Origin: a virus
Taxonomy: Duplodnaviria > Caudoviricetes
Length of the DNA: 60,460 bases
Strand: one strand, 5' to 3'
IMG/VR virus record: IMGVR_UViG_3300042923_000250
Location: 1-60,460 of that record
Position 1 is the stretch's first letter. Each line of letters starts with the position of its first letter. The translations under genes were made by a program, and so were the position numbers. Positions 36,350 to 46,410 of the stretch are shown here, piece after piece. The notes under the pieces were generated by a model. That model did not search any database. It was given only the letters and a program-made list of their open reading frames with translations, and was not told the origin of the DNA.

Positions 36350-36832
36350 TTAATTGGTTTCAGTGTATTTAGGTACAAAAGTAAGTTCAGTGATTCTGTT
36401 TATAGCTTCTCTTTTTCCTTCATAATTAAGTTTTTTAAATTCTGCAATGAGTTCGTAGTCTATGCTTTCGAATTTAATGTTATCAGACAATTTTTTCATA
36501 ATAAATTCTGTTGCAATGCTTGTATCCTTTAAATCAGAATTGTAGATAGCTTGTAAGACTGGACTTTCATTTGACTGTGGCATCGAGCTTCGCTCTTTGG
36601 GAACATCATAACCCATTAACCATGCTTCATTTACATCTAACGCCATTCCTAAAATAGATAAAGTGTGTTGACCTGGTTCAACTTTTCCAGATACATATTG
36701 ACTTAAATAGTTTTTAGTGAGCTTTACATTGTATTTCTCACAGTATGGCTCGCACTTTTTAATAATATCAACTTGTTTTAAATTGCGTTCTTCCATAATT
36801 TTTTTAAGCCTAATCGACGTGCTCTCTTTCAT
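36350..36832 (-). CDS. CI-like repressor (HTH, no S24 peptidase domain)
   Basis: RLKKIMEERNLKQVDI...LSQYVSGKVEP...LDVNEAWLMGYDVP. Confidence 0.88.
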   Translation of the reverse strand: MKESTSIRLKKIMEERNLKQVDIIKKCEPYCEKYNVKLTKNYLSQYVSGKVEPGQHTLSILGMALDVNEAWLMGYDVPKERSSMPQSNESPVLQAIYNSDLKDTSIATEFIMKKLSDNIKFESIDYELIAEFKKLNYEGKREAINRITELTFVPKYTETN

Positions 36833-36911
36833 AATTTACAATTTCTCCTATCTGTTAATATCAGTATTATAAAGCATATTGAATAAAAGTTCAATAGAAA
36901 AGTGATAAAAT

Positions 36912-37242
36912 GTTCTATTAAATTGAAGTTTGATATTGCGATGTGTTTCTACATATGATATATTAAAGGTGAGTTCTACGATATAGAACTTATAAAATGA
37001 TTGGAGGCGAGAAAAATGTCATATGATTATAGTAAACTAAATGGCAAAATCATTGAAAAATTCGGAAAACAATATGCTTTTGCCAAAGCTATAGGCTGGT
37101 CAGAGAGGACTTGTTGTTTAAAACTTAATAATAAAATCGAATGGAAACAATCTGAAATTATGAGAGCGTGCAAGTTACTGGGTATTCCAGAAGTTGAAAT
37201 GTGTACTTATTTTTTTACATACGAGGTTCTATAAAGTAGAAC
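36912..37242. promoter_or_regulatory. Genetic-switch operators GTTCTA-N5-TAGAAC
   Basis: 36972-36990 perfect palindrome, 37226-37242, and imperfect 36912-36928. Confidence 0.7.
37016..37234 (+). CDS. Cro-like HTH protein (DUF739-like)
   Basis: YDYSKLNGKIIEKFG.Q..FAKAIG...KLNNK..WKQ.EI...YFF; divergent from CI. Confidence 0.88.
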   Translation: MSYDYSKLNGKIIEKFGKQYAFAKAIGWSERTCCLKLNNKIEWKQSEIMRACKLLGIPEVEMCTYFFTYEVL

Positions 37243-37274
37243 TTATTGCGGCGCTACTGAAATTGGAGGACAAA

Positions 37275-37481
37275 ATGAAAAAACAATTCAAATTTCCTTA
37301 TCGTCTTCCGCCTAATGTAAAAATCACTCATGTTTTACCAGACGGCACGGAAGTAGATAGCATAGAAGGAATGAGCATTCCATATTTACCGGAAACACAC
37401 GCGATATACGAACTATTTGCAAAATATGAAAGCATAGCTGAGCGCAAGAAAGGAAGTGAAAAAGTTGCAATTAAAAATTGA
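37275..37481 (+). CDS. Hypothetical protein
   Basis: ATG after GGAGG; ITHVLPDGTEVDSIEG. Confidence 0.65.
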   Translation: MKKQFKFPYRLPPNVKITHVLPDGTEVDSIEGMSIPYLPETHAIYELFAKYESIAERKKGSEKVAIKN

Positions 37482-38427
37482 TGAAGAGTTTAAGAGTCTG
37501 ATACCTCCGTTGACGGCAGAAGAGTTTCAACAGTTAAAGGAAAATATTATCAAAGATGGTTGTCGCGATGCATTGGTTATTTGGAACGAGACAATAATTG
37601 ATGGTCATAACAGATATCGGATTTGTACGGAGAATGAGATTGAGTTTCAGACAGTGGACAAGCATTTTGACAGCAGGGACGATGCAACCGAGTGGATTAT
37701 TAGAAATCAGTTTGGAAGAAGAAATATAACTACGGCACAGAGATGTAATTTGGTTTTAGTATTAGAACCAATCGTACAAGCCAAGGCGAGAGAAAATTTA
37801 AAAACCAATGCGGATAATCAAAACCGCATGCCTAATCCGAAATCGGACAAGGCATCAACACCCATCAACACCAATAATGAACTAGCAAAAGCCGCAGGGG
37901 TAGGTCATAACACAATTCACCAATTCAGAGTTATTAAGAATGAGGGCGAACCGGAATTGTTCGGCAAGGTACTGAATGGTGAGGTTTCTATTAATAAGGC
38001 CTATCAAGAAGTTCGAAAGCCAGAAACAAAAGATGTTGTTCTTCCAGAAACCAAAACTTGTAGTGACTGTCATGAAGAACTTCCAATCTCAGAATTTTAC
38101 ATTAAAAAAAAAGACGGCAAACCAGAAGGTAGATGCAAAGAGTGTTCTAAAAGGGCGGGAATAAGAAATAGAACATTGTCTGGTGTTCCATCGGAATTGC
38201 GCAACATATCAGACGAACAACTAATTGGTGGATTGTACGATATCGACAACGTACCAGAATATACTATCCGCGATTTAGTTGATGAAGTATCTGGAAAAGT
38301 AAACGAGTTTAACAGAGTCATAAATATCATCATCGAGGGGCGTTCCGAATTATTACAATCAGAATCAGATTATCTTCTATTGGAAAGTGAATTAACGAAA
38401 CTACAAATCAAATTAAGGAGGATGTAA
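37456..38427 (+). CDS. ParB/Srx-like N-terminal domain + HTH + zinc finger protein
   Basis: IDEEFKSLIPPL..EEF..L..NI..DG.RD..IIDGHNRY; QFGRRN; CSDC...CKEC. Confidence 0.8.
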   Translation: MKKLQLKIDEEFKSLIPPLTAEEFQQLKENIIKDGCRDALVIWNETIIDGHNRYRICTENEIEFQTVDKHFDSRDDATEWIIRNQFGRRNITTAQRCNLVLVLEPIVQAKARENLKTNADNQNRMPNPKSDKASTPINTNNELAKAAGVGHNTIHQFRVIKNEGEPELFGKVLNGEVSINKAYQEVRKPETKDVVLPETKTCSDCHEELPISEFYIKKKDGKPEGRCKECSKRAGIRNRTLSGVPSELRNISDEQLIGGLYDIDNVPEYTIRDLVDEVSGKVNEFNRVINIIIEGRSELLQSESDYLLLESELTKLQIKLRRM

Positions 38428-38430
38428 GAA

Positions 38431-39264
38431 ATGAATATGAAAGGGAAATTTACGATTGAGGATTACCAAAACATGAAATACGAATACCGTCAGATTAACT
38501 CCAAGTTTATTGTATCTGATACCGACTACCAGCGATTGCTCAAAACCGAAAGAGTGAAGAAAATCATTAATGAATTTAATCCAATGAAGGTTAATCCACC
38601 AAAGTTGAGTCTTCGTGATGGTAAGTTTTATGTGTGGGATGGTCAAACAACTGCTACAGTTTTAAAACATATCAACGGAGGAAACGACATTGTAATAAAT
38701 TGTCTGGTTTATTGTGGACTAACGAAAGAGGATGAGGGTTGGTTATTTATTACCCAGGACAACGGTAAAACCAAAGTCAGCGGAAATGACAAAATCAAAG
38801 CATCGTACACTTTAAAGCTTAATGATTCCGATGTTCAAATGGTTGATATCGCAAGAAGTCTCGGGCTGATTATTGATTTCGCCGGGAGCAACGGAGTTAA
38901 CAAAATAATTTGTCTCGCCACTCTCAAATACATATTTTCTCATACTGACATTGACACATATAAAAACATCTTGACGGTTGCAAAAGAAAGTTGGTTTGGT
39001 CAGCCCGAAAGTTTTAGTGGCGAAATTCTTAAGGGTCTGCATATTGTGTTTGATGTTTATAAAGATGAAATCAGTGTATCAACTATGATTAAACAGTTAA
39101 GAAACAAGACCACACCCAATGCTATAAAGGCGAAGGGAAACAACAACCTTTCACTAAGAGGTAATTCCAAATACGCCATTGAGATTGTGGACATATATAA
39201 TCATAACTTAACCGCTAAAAACAAATTGGACAAGTCGTTATTGTTTGCAAAGGACAACGGATAA
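38431..39264 (+). CDS. ParB-like (DGQH-type, DUF6551-like) protein
   Basis: YQR...RVKKI...F...YVWDGQTT...E..LF..Q. Confidence 0.7.
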   Translation: MNMKGKFTIEDYQNMKYEYRQINSKFIVSDTDYQRLLKTERVKKIINEFNPMKVNPPKLSLRDGKFYVWDGQTTATVLKHINGGNDIVINCLVYCGLTKEDEGWLFITQDNGKTKVSGNDKIKASYTLKLNDSDVQMVDIARSLGLIIDFAGSNGVNKIICLATLKYIFSHTDIDTYKNILTVAKESWFGQPESFSGEILKGLHIVFDVYKDEISVSTMIKQLRNKTTPNAIKAKGNNNLSLRGNSKYAIEIVDIYNHNLTAKNKLDKSLLFAKDNG

Positions 39265-39265
39265 T

Positions 39266-39811
39266 ATGAAAAAATTCCTTATAATCGCAATACTGGCATT
39301 CTTATTTTTACCGTCAAAAGAAGCACAAGCCTACGAGGAACCAATCGCCGGAATAGTCGTCAGCCTAGAAGCCTATAACCTCAATACAGCCATTAAAGAG
39401 TTATCTCCTATAGAAACACACATAAATTACTATTCAGCCATCTACGGGGTCGACAGCGACTTAATCAAAGCAATCATTGACGGTGAGAGTAACGGAGATA
39501 TCCAAGCTTACAACATAAACAATAACGGTACACATGACAGAGGTTTAATGCAGATTAATTCGGTAAATTTTGATTGGCTCGAGGAGGAACTAGGTATCAC
39601 GGATTTTTACGACCCGAAACAAAATATTCAATGTGGGGTATTTATGATTGCGGATTTGATGGACAGGCATAGTGAGATACATGAGATTTTAATGTGTTAC
39701 AACATGGGTGAGAAACGAACGAGGGAATTACATAATGAGGGAAAGTATTCTTCGAAATATTCAAGGAAGGTTGTTAAAAAATTAAATAAATTAAAGGAGG
39801 ATTTGAAATGA
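39266..39811 (+). CDS. Secreted SLT-family lytic transglycosylase
   Basis: Signal peptide; AIIDGESNG, DRGLMQIN, DPKQNI, CYNMG. Confidence 0.85.
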   Translation: MKKFLIIAILAFLFLPSKEAQAYEEPIAGIVVSLEAYNLNTAIKELSPIETHINYYSAIYGVDSDLIKAIIDGESNGDIQAYNINNNGTHDRGLMQINSVNFDWLEEELGITDFYDPKQNIQCGVFMIADLMDRHSEIHEILMCYNMGEKRTRELHNEGKYSSKYSRKVVKKLNKLKEDLK

Positions 39812-40155
39812 AGAAGGCAGATTTGAGAACAGGAATGAGAGTTACAACAAGAAGTGGAAGATGTTTTTTAGTATTGCTCAACATCAAACATGAATACGAC
39901 AAGGCTACGGATGTATTGGTAGGGTTCGGTGAAAGGTCATGGTATGAACTTAAAAACTTTAATGACGATTTATCTAATATCTATGCTGACGATACGATTA
40001 TGAAGGTAGAAGTTCCAAAGCATCTATATGCCATTACTAAGGTTAACGGATACGATTACGAAATAATTTGGGAACGCGACTCCACAAAAGAAATGACCAT
40101 CGAAGAAATCCAACAAGCCCTCGGCTACAAGATTAAGGTAGTGGAAAACAAATAA
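39808..40155 (+). CDS. Hypothetical phage protein
   Basis: DLRTGMRV..R.G...IIWER...KEMTIEEIQQALGYKIKVV. Confidence 0.75.
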   Translation: MKKADLRTGMRVTTRSGRCFLVLLNIKHEYDKATDVLVGFGERSWYELKNFNDDLSNIYADDTIMKVEVPKHLYAITKVNGYDYEIIWERDSTKEMTIEEIQQALGYKIKVVENK

Positions 40156-40174
40156 AACAAGGAGGACAACCCCA

Positions 40175-40447
40175 ATGATTAAGTCTACAAAACCTCATAT
40201 TAGTTTGACAGCAGTACTTAGGGTTTTAAAAATCTTCCTCTCCATTGCTTGTGTAATTTGCGCATTTGGACTCTGGTTGGTTGTACATATGTTTGATGTT
40301 GGGACAACATCAATGGAATTAACGTTGGGCAGTGGTGTGTTATGTGTTATGGGTTTTATTATATCGGTGCTGGGTTACAAAATTTTAGATGACCACAAAG
40401 AAAACGCCCGAGAAGATTACGGCTTCATCGAGCGCAAAGGTAAATAA
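40175..40447 (+). CDS. Two-TM membrane protein
   Basis: Two hydrophobic segments; GGAGG RBS. Confidence 0.65.
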   Translation: MIKSTKPHISLTAVLRVLKIFLSIACVICAFGLWLVVHMFDVGTTSMELTLGSGVLCVMGFIISVLGYKILDDHKENAREDYGFIERKGK

Positions 40448-40484
40448 CTTAATTTAATCATATCAGAAAGGGGAAAACAAATCA

Positions 40485-40715
40485 ATGAGAAAATTACAGC
40501 GATCAATTTTAAGGCATCAAGCTTACAGAGGAACAGGTGGAATTGAGTTGTTTCATTATCTCTGGAAGAAACTAAGAATTAAGCAGGGCAAATGGAAGTT
40601 TAATTCTAAACGATTGAACAATCAACAATCAAAAACTGCCGTCAAGGCTGAAACAGGCAAGGATACAACATGGAGTAAGTTAATCAACTTTTTGAAGAAT
40701 AGAGGGAGGAAATAA
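40485..40715 (+). CDS. Basic hypothetical protein
   Basis: ORF with RBS in operon. Confidence 0.6.
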   Translation: MRKLQRSILRHQAYRGTGGIELFHYLWKKLRIKQGKWKFNSKRLNNQQSKTAVKAETGKDTTWSKLINFLKNRGRK

Positions 40716-40717
40716 TT

Positions 40718-42943
40718 ATGGGTGGAAATTTTAAAGCAAAATGTGTTGATTTACAAGGTGCAAACAAAGATGGTTACACCGTAGGCAAGGTATACGAGAT
40801 CATAGACGGTCAATTTGTGGATGACCAAGGTAGCAAAAGACCATTTGGCGGATGCTTAAAGAAATTTGAGGACTTGGTAGATTACTCGATGTCAAAGTGG
40901 GAACTTGTAACCGAAAAGCAATATTCCGGTGAATACATATCAATAAAGCGTTGCAAGAAGGACAAGCGTGTCGTTGCGGTTCTGTCTATGGATGGTAAGT
41001 TTCAGAAGTCCGCTAATGTAAAGCTGAAGGACTTTGATGGGGATTTCGGTAAGGCAGCTAAGGCAGCGGTGGAGAAATTGTTAGGTGTCATCTCAAGACC
41101 AGAGACAGCCGTTAATATTACCGCAGAGGACACTCCACTGACGGCAGACGGTTTCAATGTTGGGGATAGAGTACATCACGAAACGTATGGAAATGGCACC
41201 GTGCTTGGCGTTAATAGTGGAAATCCTCCAATAGCCGTTGAGTTTGATAATGCAATGGGCGGTCACGATTGCTGTTTACTCGGAACAGGACATGGAAAAG
41301 ACAACCATTGTTGGTGGTGTAGACCAAGCGAACTTAAATTAGTAGAAACTGCCGTCAATGAACCCACCTCCTTCGATTGGCAATCCTTCAAATCCGGTAA
41401 ATGCGCCGTACATTGCGATACTGAGGAAAAGGCTATGGAGTTTTTGAAGGAATGTGATGCTCAGGGGATTAAGTGGGCTGATGGAATTAAAGCCACCAAT
41501 AAAACAAACTTTAAAGGCGCATCAAGTTATGGAATTTTGTATTTTGGTGACAGTAGCTGTCTTACATATTCCATATACCCGGATCTGCATACAAGAGATA
41601 TCAAAATCGACTACATCCCCACAAAACCCACTGTCAAAGAAGTGAAGCGCCTCGCGAAACCAGATGAGTATGTAAAGATTGTCGATGCACAAAAAGTTCC
41701 AAGGACAGATGGTGTTCCAGAATATAAGAATGGCGATATCTTGAAGATACTTGAATCTGAGAATGGAATGTCAAAATACGGTGAAGGATATGCAGGAAAT
41801 GGATGGGCAAGAAATTTATATAATAGCGAGTATGTAGTTCTCGAAGATTACATTCCGGAGGACAAGCCCGCTGTCAAAGAAATTAATCGCACTGCAAAAG
41901 TCAATGAATACGTTAAGGCACTTAGAGGCGAGGGCGGATTTATTCACCCAGATACGATTTATAAAGTCGAGAGGGTTTGCGGCGTTAGTGTTTATGTTAC
42001 TGACCCAACCGGAGAGTATTCGTGTCAAAACTCCATTTCTCATGATAATTATATTATCCTTGAAAATTACAATCCAATTAAGGAAGTTAAACGTCCTGCA
42101 AAGGTTGGTGAGTGGATTAAGGTTATTGGTGATGGAGGACATCCAAACGTTAAGACTGGAGAAATAGCAAAGGTTACTTCACTGGTTGAGGATGAACATG
42201 GGTGGGTTCGTGTGAATGGATATAAACAATACGGAGGCGGATGTATAAAGTTAGATCAATATGTTGTCCTAGAAAACTACCAACCCGAAACAACTCCCGC
42301 TGTCAAAGCAGAATTCCGTAAGGCAAAGGTTGGCGACAAGATTGAGGTTGTGAAAAAGCGTAAATGTCATGTTTCAGCCGAGATTGGGAATATTCACACA
42401 GTTAATCGTGTCGACCGTCAAGGGCTTTACACTGATAATAACTCAATTTATTTTTGGGACGAGAACGAAGAATATATCATCGTCGAAGAAGCCAAACCAG
42501 AGGTTAAGAGGGTTGGCCGTCAAGCAAGAACGGGTGAATATGTTGAAGTTATCAATGCAAGTAGTATCCCCATCACTAACGGTAAGCCAGAATATAAAAA
42601 TGGCGATGTATTAAAAATCATCGAAGGTGGACACCAAGCGAGATATGCCGAGGGTTCATCGGATGACGGTAGACGCAGAGTGTTAAACACGGAAGAATAT
42701 GTGGTCTTGGAAAACTATCAGCCAGAGGTTAAGAGAGTTAAGCGTTCAGCTACAAAAAATGAATGGATTGAAATAGCTAAAAACGCTGACAGTCGAGTAA
42801 ACGAAGGTGAAAAATATCAAGTAGTTGATACTGACGTTTCGGGCAGATGGGTTGATATTAAACACCCCAAGGGAACGAATAAAGGCAAATTATGCTTGTA
42901 CACATCGGAATATGTAGTCCTCGAAAACTATCAACCAAAGTAA
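40718..42943 (+). CDS. Mosaic 741-aa protein with six tandem SH3/KOW-like repeats
   Basis: Repeat VKEVKR.AKVGE.IKV...EYVVLENYQP six times after about four other small domains. Confidence 0.8.
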   Translation: MGGNFKAKCVDLQGANKDGYTVGKVYEIIDGQFVDDQGSKRPFGGCLKKFEDLVDYSMSKWELVTEKQYSGEYISIKRCKKDKRVVAVLSMDGKFQKSANVKLKDFDGDFGKAAKAAVEKLLGVISRPETAVNITAEDTPLTADGFNVGDRVHHETYGNGTVLGVNSGNPPIAVEFDNAMGGHDCCLLGTGHGKDNHCWWCRPSELKLVETAVNEPTSFDWQSFKSGKCAVHCDTEEKAMEFLKECDAQGIKWADGIKATNKTNFKGASSYGILYFGDSSCLTYSIYPDLHTRDIKIDYIPTKPTVKEVKRLAKPDEYVKIVDAQKVPRTDGVPEYKNGDILKILESENGMSKYGEGYAGNGWARNLYNSEYVVLEDYIPEDKPAVKEINRTAKVNEYVKALRGEGGFIHPDTIYKVERVCGVSVYVTDPTGEYSCQNSISHDNYIILENYNPIKEVKRPAKVGEWIKVIGDGGHPNVKTGEIAKVTSLVEDEHGWVRVNGYKQYGGGCIKLDQYVVLENYQPETTPAVKAEFRKAKVGDKIEVVKKRKCHVSAEIGNIHTVNRVDRQGLYTDNNSIYFWDENEEYIIVEEAKPEVKRVGRQARTGEYVEVINASSIPITNGKPEYKNGDVLKIIEGGHQARYAEGSSDDGRRRVLNTEEYVVLENYQPEVKRVKRSATKNEWIEIAKNADSRVNEGEKYQVVDTDVSGRWVDIKHPKGTNKGKLCLYTSEYVVLENYQPK

Positions 42944-42966
42944 TCCAACAGAAAAGGGGAATAAGA

Positions 42967-44922
42967 ATGAACATCATATTAAAACGCTTACATATGGAAA
43001 ACTTCAAAATTTTCCAGAATGTCACATTAAATTTTTCACAGCTGACAAAAATTTTCGCACAGAATTATAAAGGTAAATCAAGTATTGTTGATGGATTTTT
43101 TTGGACAATGTTTGGAAAATCATCAACAGGCAACTCCGAGGGTAAGCAGTTTCACCCTCGGAGGTACGATGAAAACGGAGTGGATATCGATCGTGTTGAC
43201 ATTGTGGTGGAATTACTTCTTGAGATAGACGGCAGAGAAATAATCATCCGTAAAGTCCAGAAACAAAATTGGGTTCGCAAAAGAAGGGATGAAATCGAGA
43301 CTTATGAGGGCGACAAGAATTTCTACTTCTGGAACGAAGTACCCACCTCTGAAACCGAACACAAGAAAAAGGTTGCCGAGATTATCGACGAGGAAGTTTT
43401 CAAAATGATAACTAATCCTCATGCTTTTGTCGGTAAGAAGCAAGACGAACAGAGAAAATTCCTAGTTGAGAAAGTCGCAAAGATTACGGATGCCGATGTT
43501 TTCTCACTTGACGGTAAGTTTTTAGAACTCTCCGAAAAAATGAAATCCGAACAACGAACCATCGAAGAAATCAAGGCTCTTAATAAGAAGGAACTGAGTG
43601 GATATAAGGAATCGCAAGTATCTATTCCCACTCGAATTGATGAAGTTTCGAAATCGATTATCGAGGTGGATTTTTCCGCACAGGAATTAGCATTAGGGGC
43701 GCTCAAGGAGCGGTTATCCGAGGTTGAGTTGAAAATTTCCGACACCTCAAAATCCTATGAGGAAGTTGGAAAGTTGAAAACCGAAATCGCACAATATAAA
43801 TCCAAAATTGCCGAAATCGAAAGAACCGAAAAAGACCTGCTGTCAACGAAAAGACGTGAAGCGTCTACTAAACTCGACAACATCACATATACACTGCTAA
43901 AACAATCCACACAAAATAACACTGTCAACAAGGACATTGAATTACTCACCGAAAAGATATCATCCTCAGAAATATTTTTCGACACATTGAGAAAACGGTA
44001 TGCCGAAGAGAAATCAAAGGAAATGGATCCAAGCCAGAATATTTGTCCGGTATGCAGCCAGGAGTTTCCGCCGGATAAGAAAGCCGAAATGCTCACACAG
44101 TTTGAATCCGATAAGAAGCAAAAGCTTCACACCACTAATCTTGACGGTCAGAAAATATCGGAAGAATTGAAATCCAATAAATCTAAGTTGGATGAACTCA
44201 AAAAGCAACTAACCAGTTTGACCGCAGAGGTATTGGGGTTAACCGAACAAGAAACCGCCGTCAAAGAAGAGTTAAACAAGCTACCAACCGAGATTGATTT
44301 ATCCGCTAATCAAGAATACGCCGATTTCAAATCAACCGTTTCTGCCCTCGAATTCAGCCTTAAAGAGACAGAGGAAAGTCTAGTTGATACAAATACACTT
44401 AAGACTAATTTGACCGCCCAGAAAGCCGAAATTCAAAGCCAAATTGAGATTGTCCAAGGAGTGTTGGCATCAAAGCAGCATATTGATGATGCAAAAGACA
44501 GAGTGATTGAGTTAAGGGAAGAATTAAGACAATCTACCGGAAAGGCTGCTGAATGTGAAAGGTTGGACTTCCTATTAGAAAAGTTCGAAAAAGCCAAGAT
44601 GGATTTACTCTCCGAGAGAATTAACCAGAAATTTAAGGTTGTTAAATGGCAGTTATTCAGAACTCAAAAAAATGGCGGTATCGAGAATGTTTGTGTGGCT
44701 ATGATACATGGTTCGCCATATGGCGAAAACACCACATCGACCACTGAGCGATTAATGGCGGGGTTAGATATTATCGGCACGCTACAAGAAATTTACGAGG
44801 TTAAGGCTCCTATTTGGGTTGATAACGCAGAGAGTTATAACGACTTCAACATCCCTCAAATGGGTTGTCAAATGGTTCTATTGTCAGTATCTACGGATAC
44901 GGAAATTAAAGTGGAGGAATAA
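42967..44922 (+). CDS. SMC/Rad50(SbcC)-like AAA ATPase
   Basis: MENFK, NYKGKSS Walker A, coiled coil with CPVC hook, IWVDNAE Walker B. Confidence 0.88.
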   Translation: MNIILKRLHMENFKIFQNVTLNFSQLTKIFAQNYKGKSSIVDGFFWTMFGKSSTGNSEGKQFHPRRYDENGVDIDRVDIVVELLLEIDGREIIIRKVQKQNWVRKRRDEIETYEGDKNFYFWNEVPTSETEHKKKVAEIIDEEVFKMITNPHAFVGKKQDEQRKFLVEKVAKITDADVFSLDGKFLELSEKMKSEQRTIEEIKALNKKELSGYKESQVSIPTRIDEVSKSIIEVDFSAQELALGALKERLSEVELKISDTSKSYEEVGKLKTEIAQYKSKIAEIERTEKDLLSTKRREASTKLDNITYTLLKQSTQNNTVNKDIELLTEKISSSEIFFDTLRKRYAEEKSKEMDPSQNICPVCSQEFPPDKKAEMLTQFESDKKQKLHTTNLDGQKISEELKSNKSKLDELKKQLTSLTAEVLGLTEQETAVKEELNKLPTEIDLSANQEYADFKSTVSALEFSLKETEESLVDTNTLKTNLTAQKAEIQSQIEIVQGVLASKQHIDDAKDRVIELREELRQSTGKAAECERLDFLLEKFEKAKMDLLSERINQKFKVVKWQLFRTQKNGGIENVCVAMIHGSPYGENTTSTTERLMAGLDIIGTLQEIYEVKAPIWVDNAESYNDFNIPQMGCQMVLLSVSTDTEIKVEE

Positions 44923-44924
44923 GT

Positions 44925-45200
44925 ATGAAAACAGAAGTATTTACATGTGATATTTGCAAGCAATCAAAGAGCATGGGAGATTTGGCAAAGATTACGGTCA
45001 AGGCAGAGGGAATTAAAATGAAGAATGTTGGATACGGTGGCATTCAGATTGATATTTGTCCTGATTGTTTAAAGAAAAAAGGTTTCATTGTTGAGCCGAA
45101 GCCAGAAACTGTTGAACAAGCAGAAATGCAGAACAAGAAAACGCTAGAGGATAAAATATATGATTTTCTATCTGATATAGGCGTTGCGTTTGTGGAATAG
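44925..45200 (+). CDS. Zn-binding hypothetical protein
   Basis: CDIC...DICPDC. Confidence 0.65.
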   Translation: MKTEVFTCDICKQSKSMGDLAKITVKAEGIKMKNVGYGGIQIDICPDCLKKKGFIVEPKPETVEQAEMQNKKTLEDKIYDFLSDIGVAFVE

Positions 45201-45211
45201 GAGGAACCCAA

Positions 45212-45436
45212 ATGAACCGATACATAAAAATCCAACTCCTAAAAGACGGTAAACCTCTCTCCCCCACGCTTTATACCTATAAAACCTCACTTGACGTACA
45301 GTTGGGTGAGGTGGTGCAAGCTACCGAGAAGTTGCAGGGAGTTGTCGCAGGGTTTGAGGTTATTAGCAATATTGAACATCCCGAGAGGATAAAGGAGATT
45401 GTAGGGCAGATATTAAAGGAGGATAAACAGATATGA
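45212..45436 (+). CDS. Hypothetical protein
   Basis: YTYKT...LGEVV pattern; GGAGG RBS. Confidence 0.65.
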   Translation: MNRYIKIQLLKDGKPLSPTLYTYKTSLDVQLGEVVQATEKLQGVVAGFEVISNIEHPERIKEIVGQILKEDKQI

Positions 45437-45636
45437 AGATAATGGAACTCGGCTTATCAGTAAGAGCCTATAACTGCCTGCAAAGAGCCGGAGTAAGAAC
45501 CACTGAGGATTTATGTAACAAGACACCAGAGGATATAATGAGTGTCAGAAACCTCGGAAGAAGATGCTTAGAAGAAATATTGGAAGTCATGAAATCCCAT
45601 GGATTAAAATTTAAAGAAGTTGAGGTGGCTGAATGA
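45433..45636 (+). CDS. Stand-alone RNA polymerase alpha C-terminal domain homolog
   Basis: [17 protein letters not shown]...[12 protein letters not shown] matches the RpoA CTD signature. Confidence 0.88.
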   Translation: MKIMELGLSVRAYNCLQRAGVRTTEDLCNKTPEDIMSVRNLGRRCLEEILEVMKSHGLKFKEVEVAE

Positions 45637-45827
45637 CCGATAAAAATCTATCCGAATTGAAATCTGCCGTCAAGTCACATCGAGCAGAAGCCGAACAATC
45701 TAAGGCTTTCAATGATGGTGCAAAAACCACAATGATATTGTACGAGTCATATCTTGCGGCTGGATTTAAAGAAGAACAGGCATTATATTTGACGGCAACA
45801 ATGATAACGGCAAATATTAAAAAATAA
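45633..45827 (+). CDS. Hypothetical protein
   Basis: [17 protein letters not shown] motif. Confidence 0.65.
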   Translation: MTDKNLSELKSAVKSHRAEAEQSKAFNDGAKTTMILYESYLAAGFKEEQALYLTATMITANIKK

Positions 45828-45840
45828 TGGAGGTAGCCGA

Positions 45841-46407
45841 ATGAAAGAACGTTTTGAAAAACTGCTGTCAAGTGTGCAACGAGAGGGGATGGATAAACTT
45901 TTAGACTTTATCCGTAAGAGTGATTTTTATACGGCTCCGGCATCAACGAGATTTCATGGAGCTAAAGAGGGTGGATTGCTAGAGCATAGCTTGAATGTGT
46001 ATACATGCTTGCAGAGTAAGGCTTGTAATCCAGTGTGGGAATATTTGGAGGAAATTGATAAAGACACTTTAATAATTATCGCTTTACTTCACGACTTATG
46101 CAAAACCTATTACTGCACCATAGAAATGCGAAATGCTAAAAATGAATATGGTGTATGGGAAAAGGTTCCCTTCTATACGGTTGATGATAAAATCCCATAC
46201 GGTCACGGAGAAAAATCCGTAATGATGATTGAAGAATACATAAAGCTTAAGCCAGTTGAACGGTATGCAATAAGGTGGCATATGGGCGCATATAGTGGCG
46301 AAAAGGATTGGAATACATTAGGAACCGCAATGGAGAAATATCCGCTTGTATTAGCCTTACATGAAGCCGATATGGAAGCAACCTATCTCATGGAAAAGGG
46401 GGAATAA
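45841..46407 (+). CDS. HD-domain phosphohydrolase
   Basis: APASTRFHG..EGGLLEHS, LLHDLCK, GHGEKS, IRWHMG, HEAD. Confidence 0.9.
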   Translation: MKERFEKLLSSVQREGMDKLLDFIRKSDFYTAPASTRFHGAKEGGLLEHSLNVYTCLQSKACNPVWEYLEEIDKDTLIIIALLHDLCKTYYCTIEMRNAKNEYGVWEKVPFYTVDDKIPYGHGEKSVMMIEEYIKLKPVERYAIRWHMGAYSGEKDWNTLGTAMEKYPLVLALHEADMEATYLMEKGE

Positions 46408-46410
46408 CCA

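Noticed and set aside
41120-41157. Third twister copy inside the 741-aa gene (ACCGCAGAGGACA...GGCAGACGGTTTCAA)
   Set aside because: Lacks the hairpin and the UAAUGC cleavage strand; ACCGCAGAGG also occurs at 44221 as ordinary TAE codons, so chance or at most a relic
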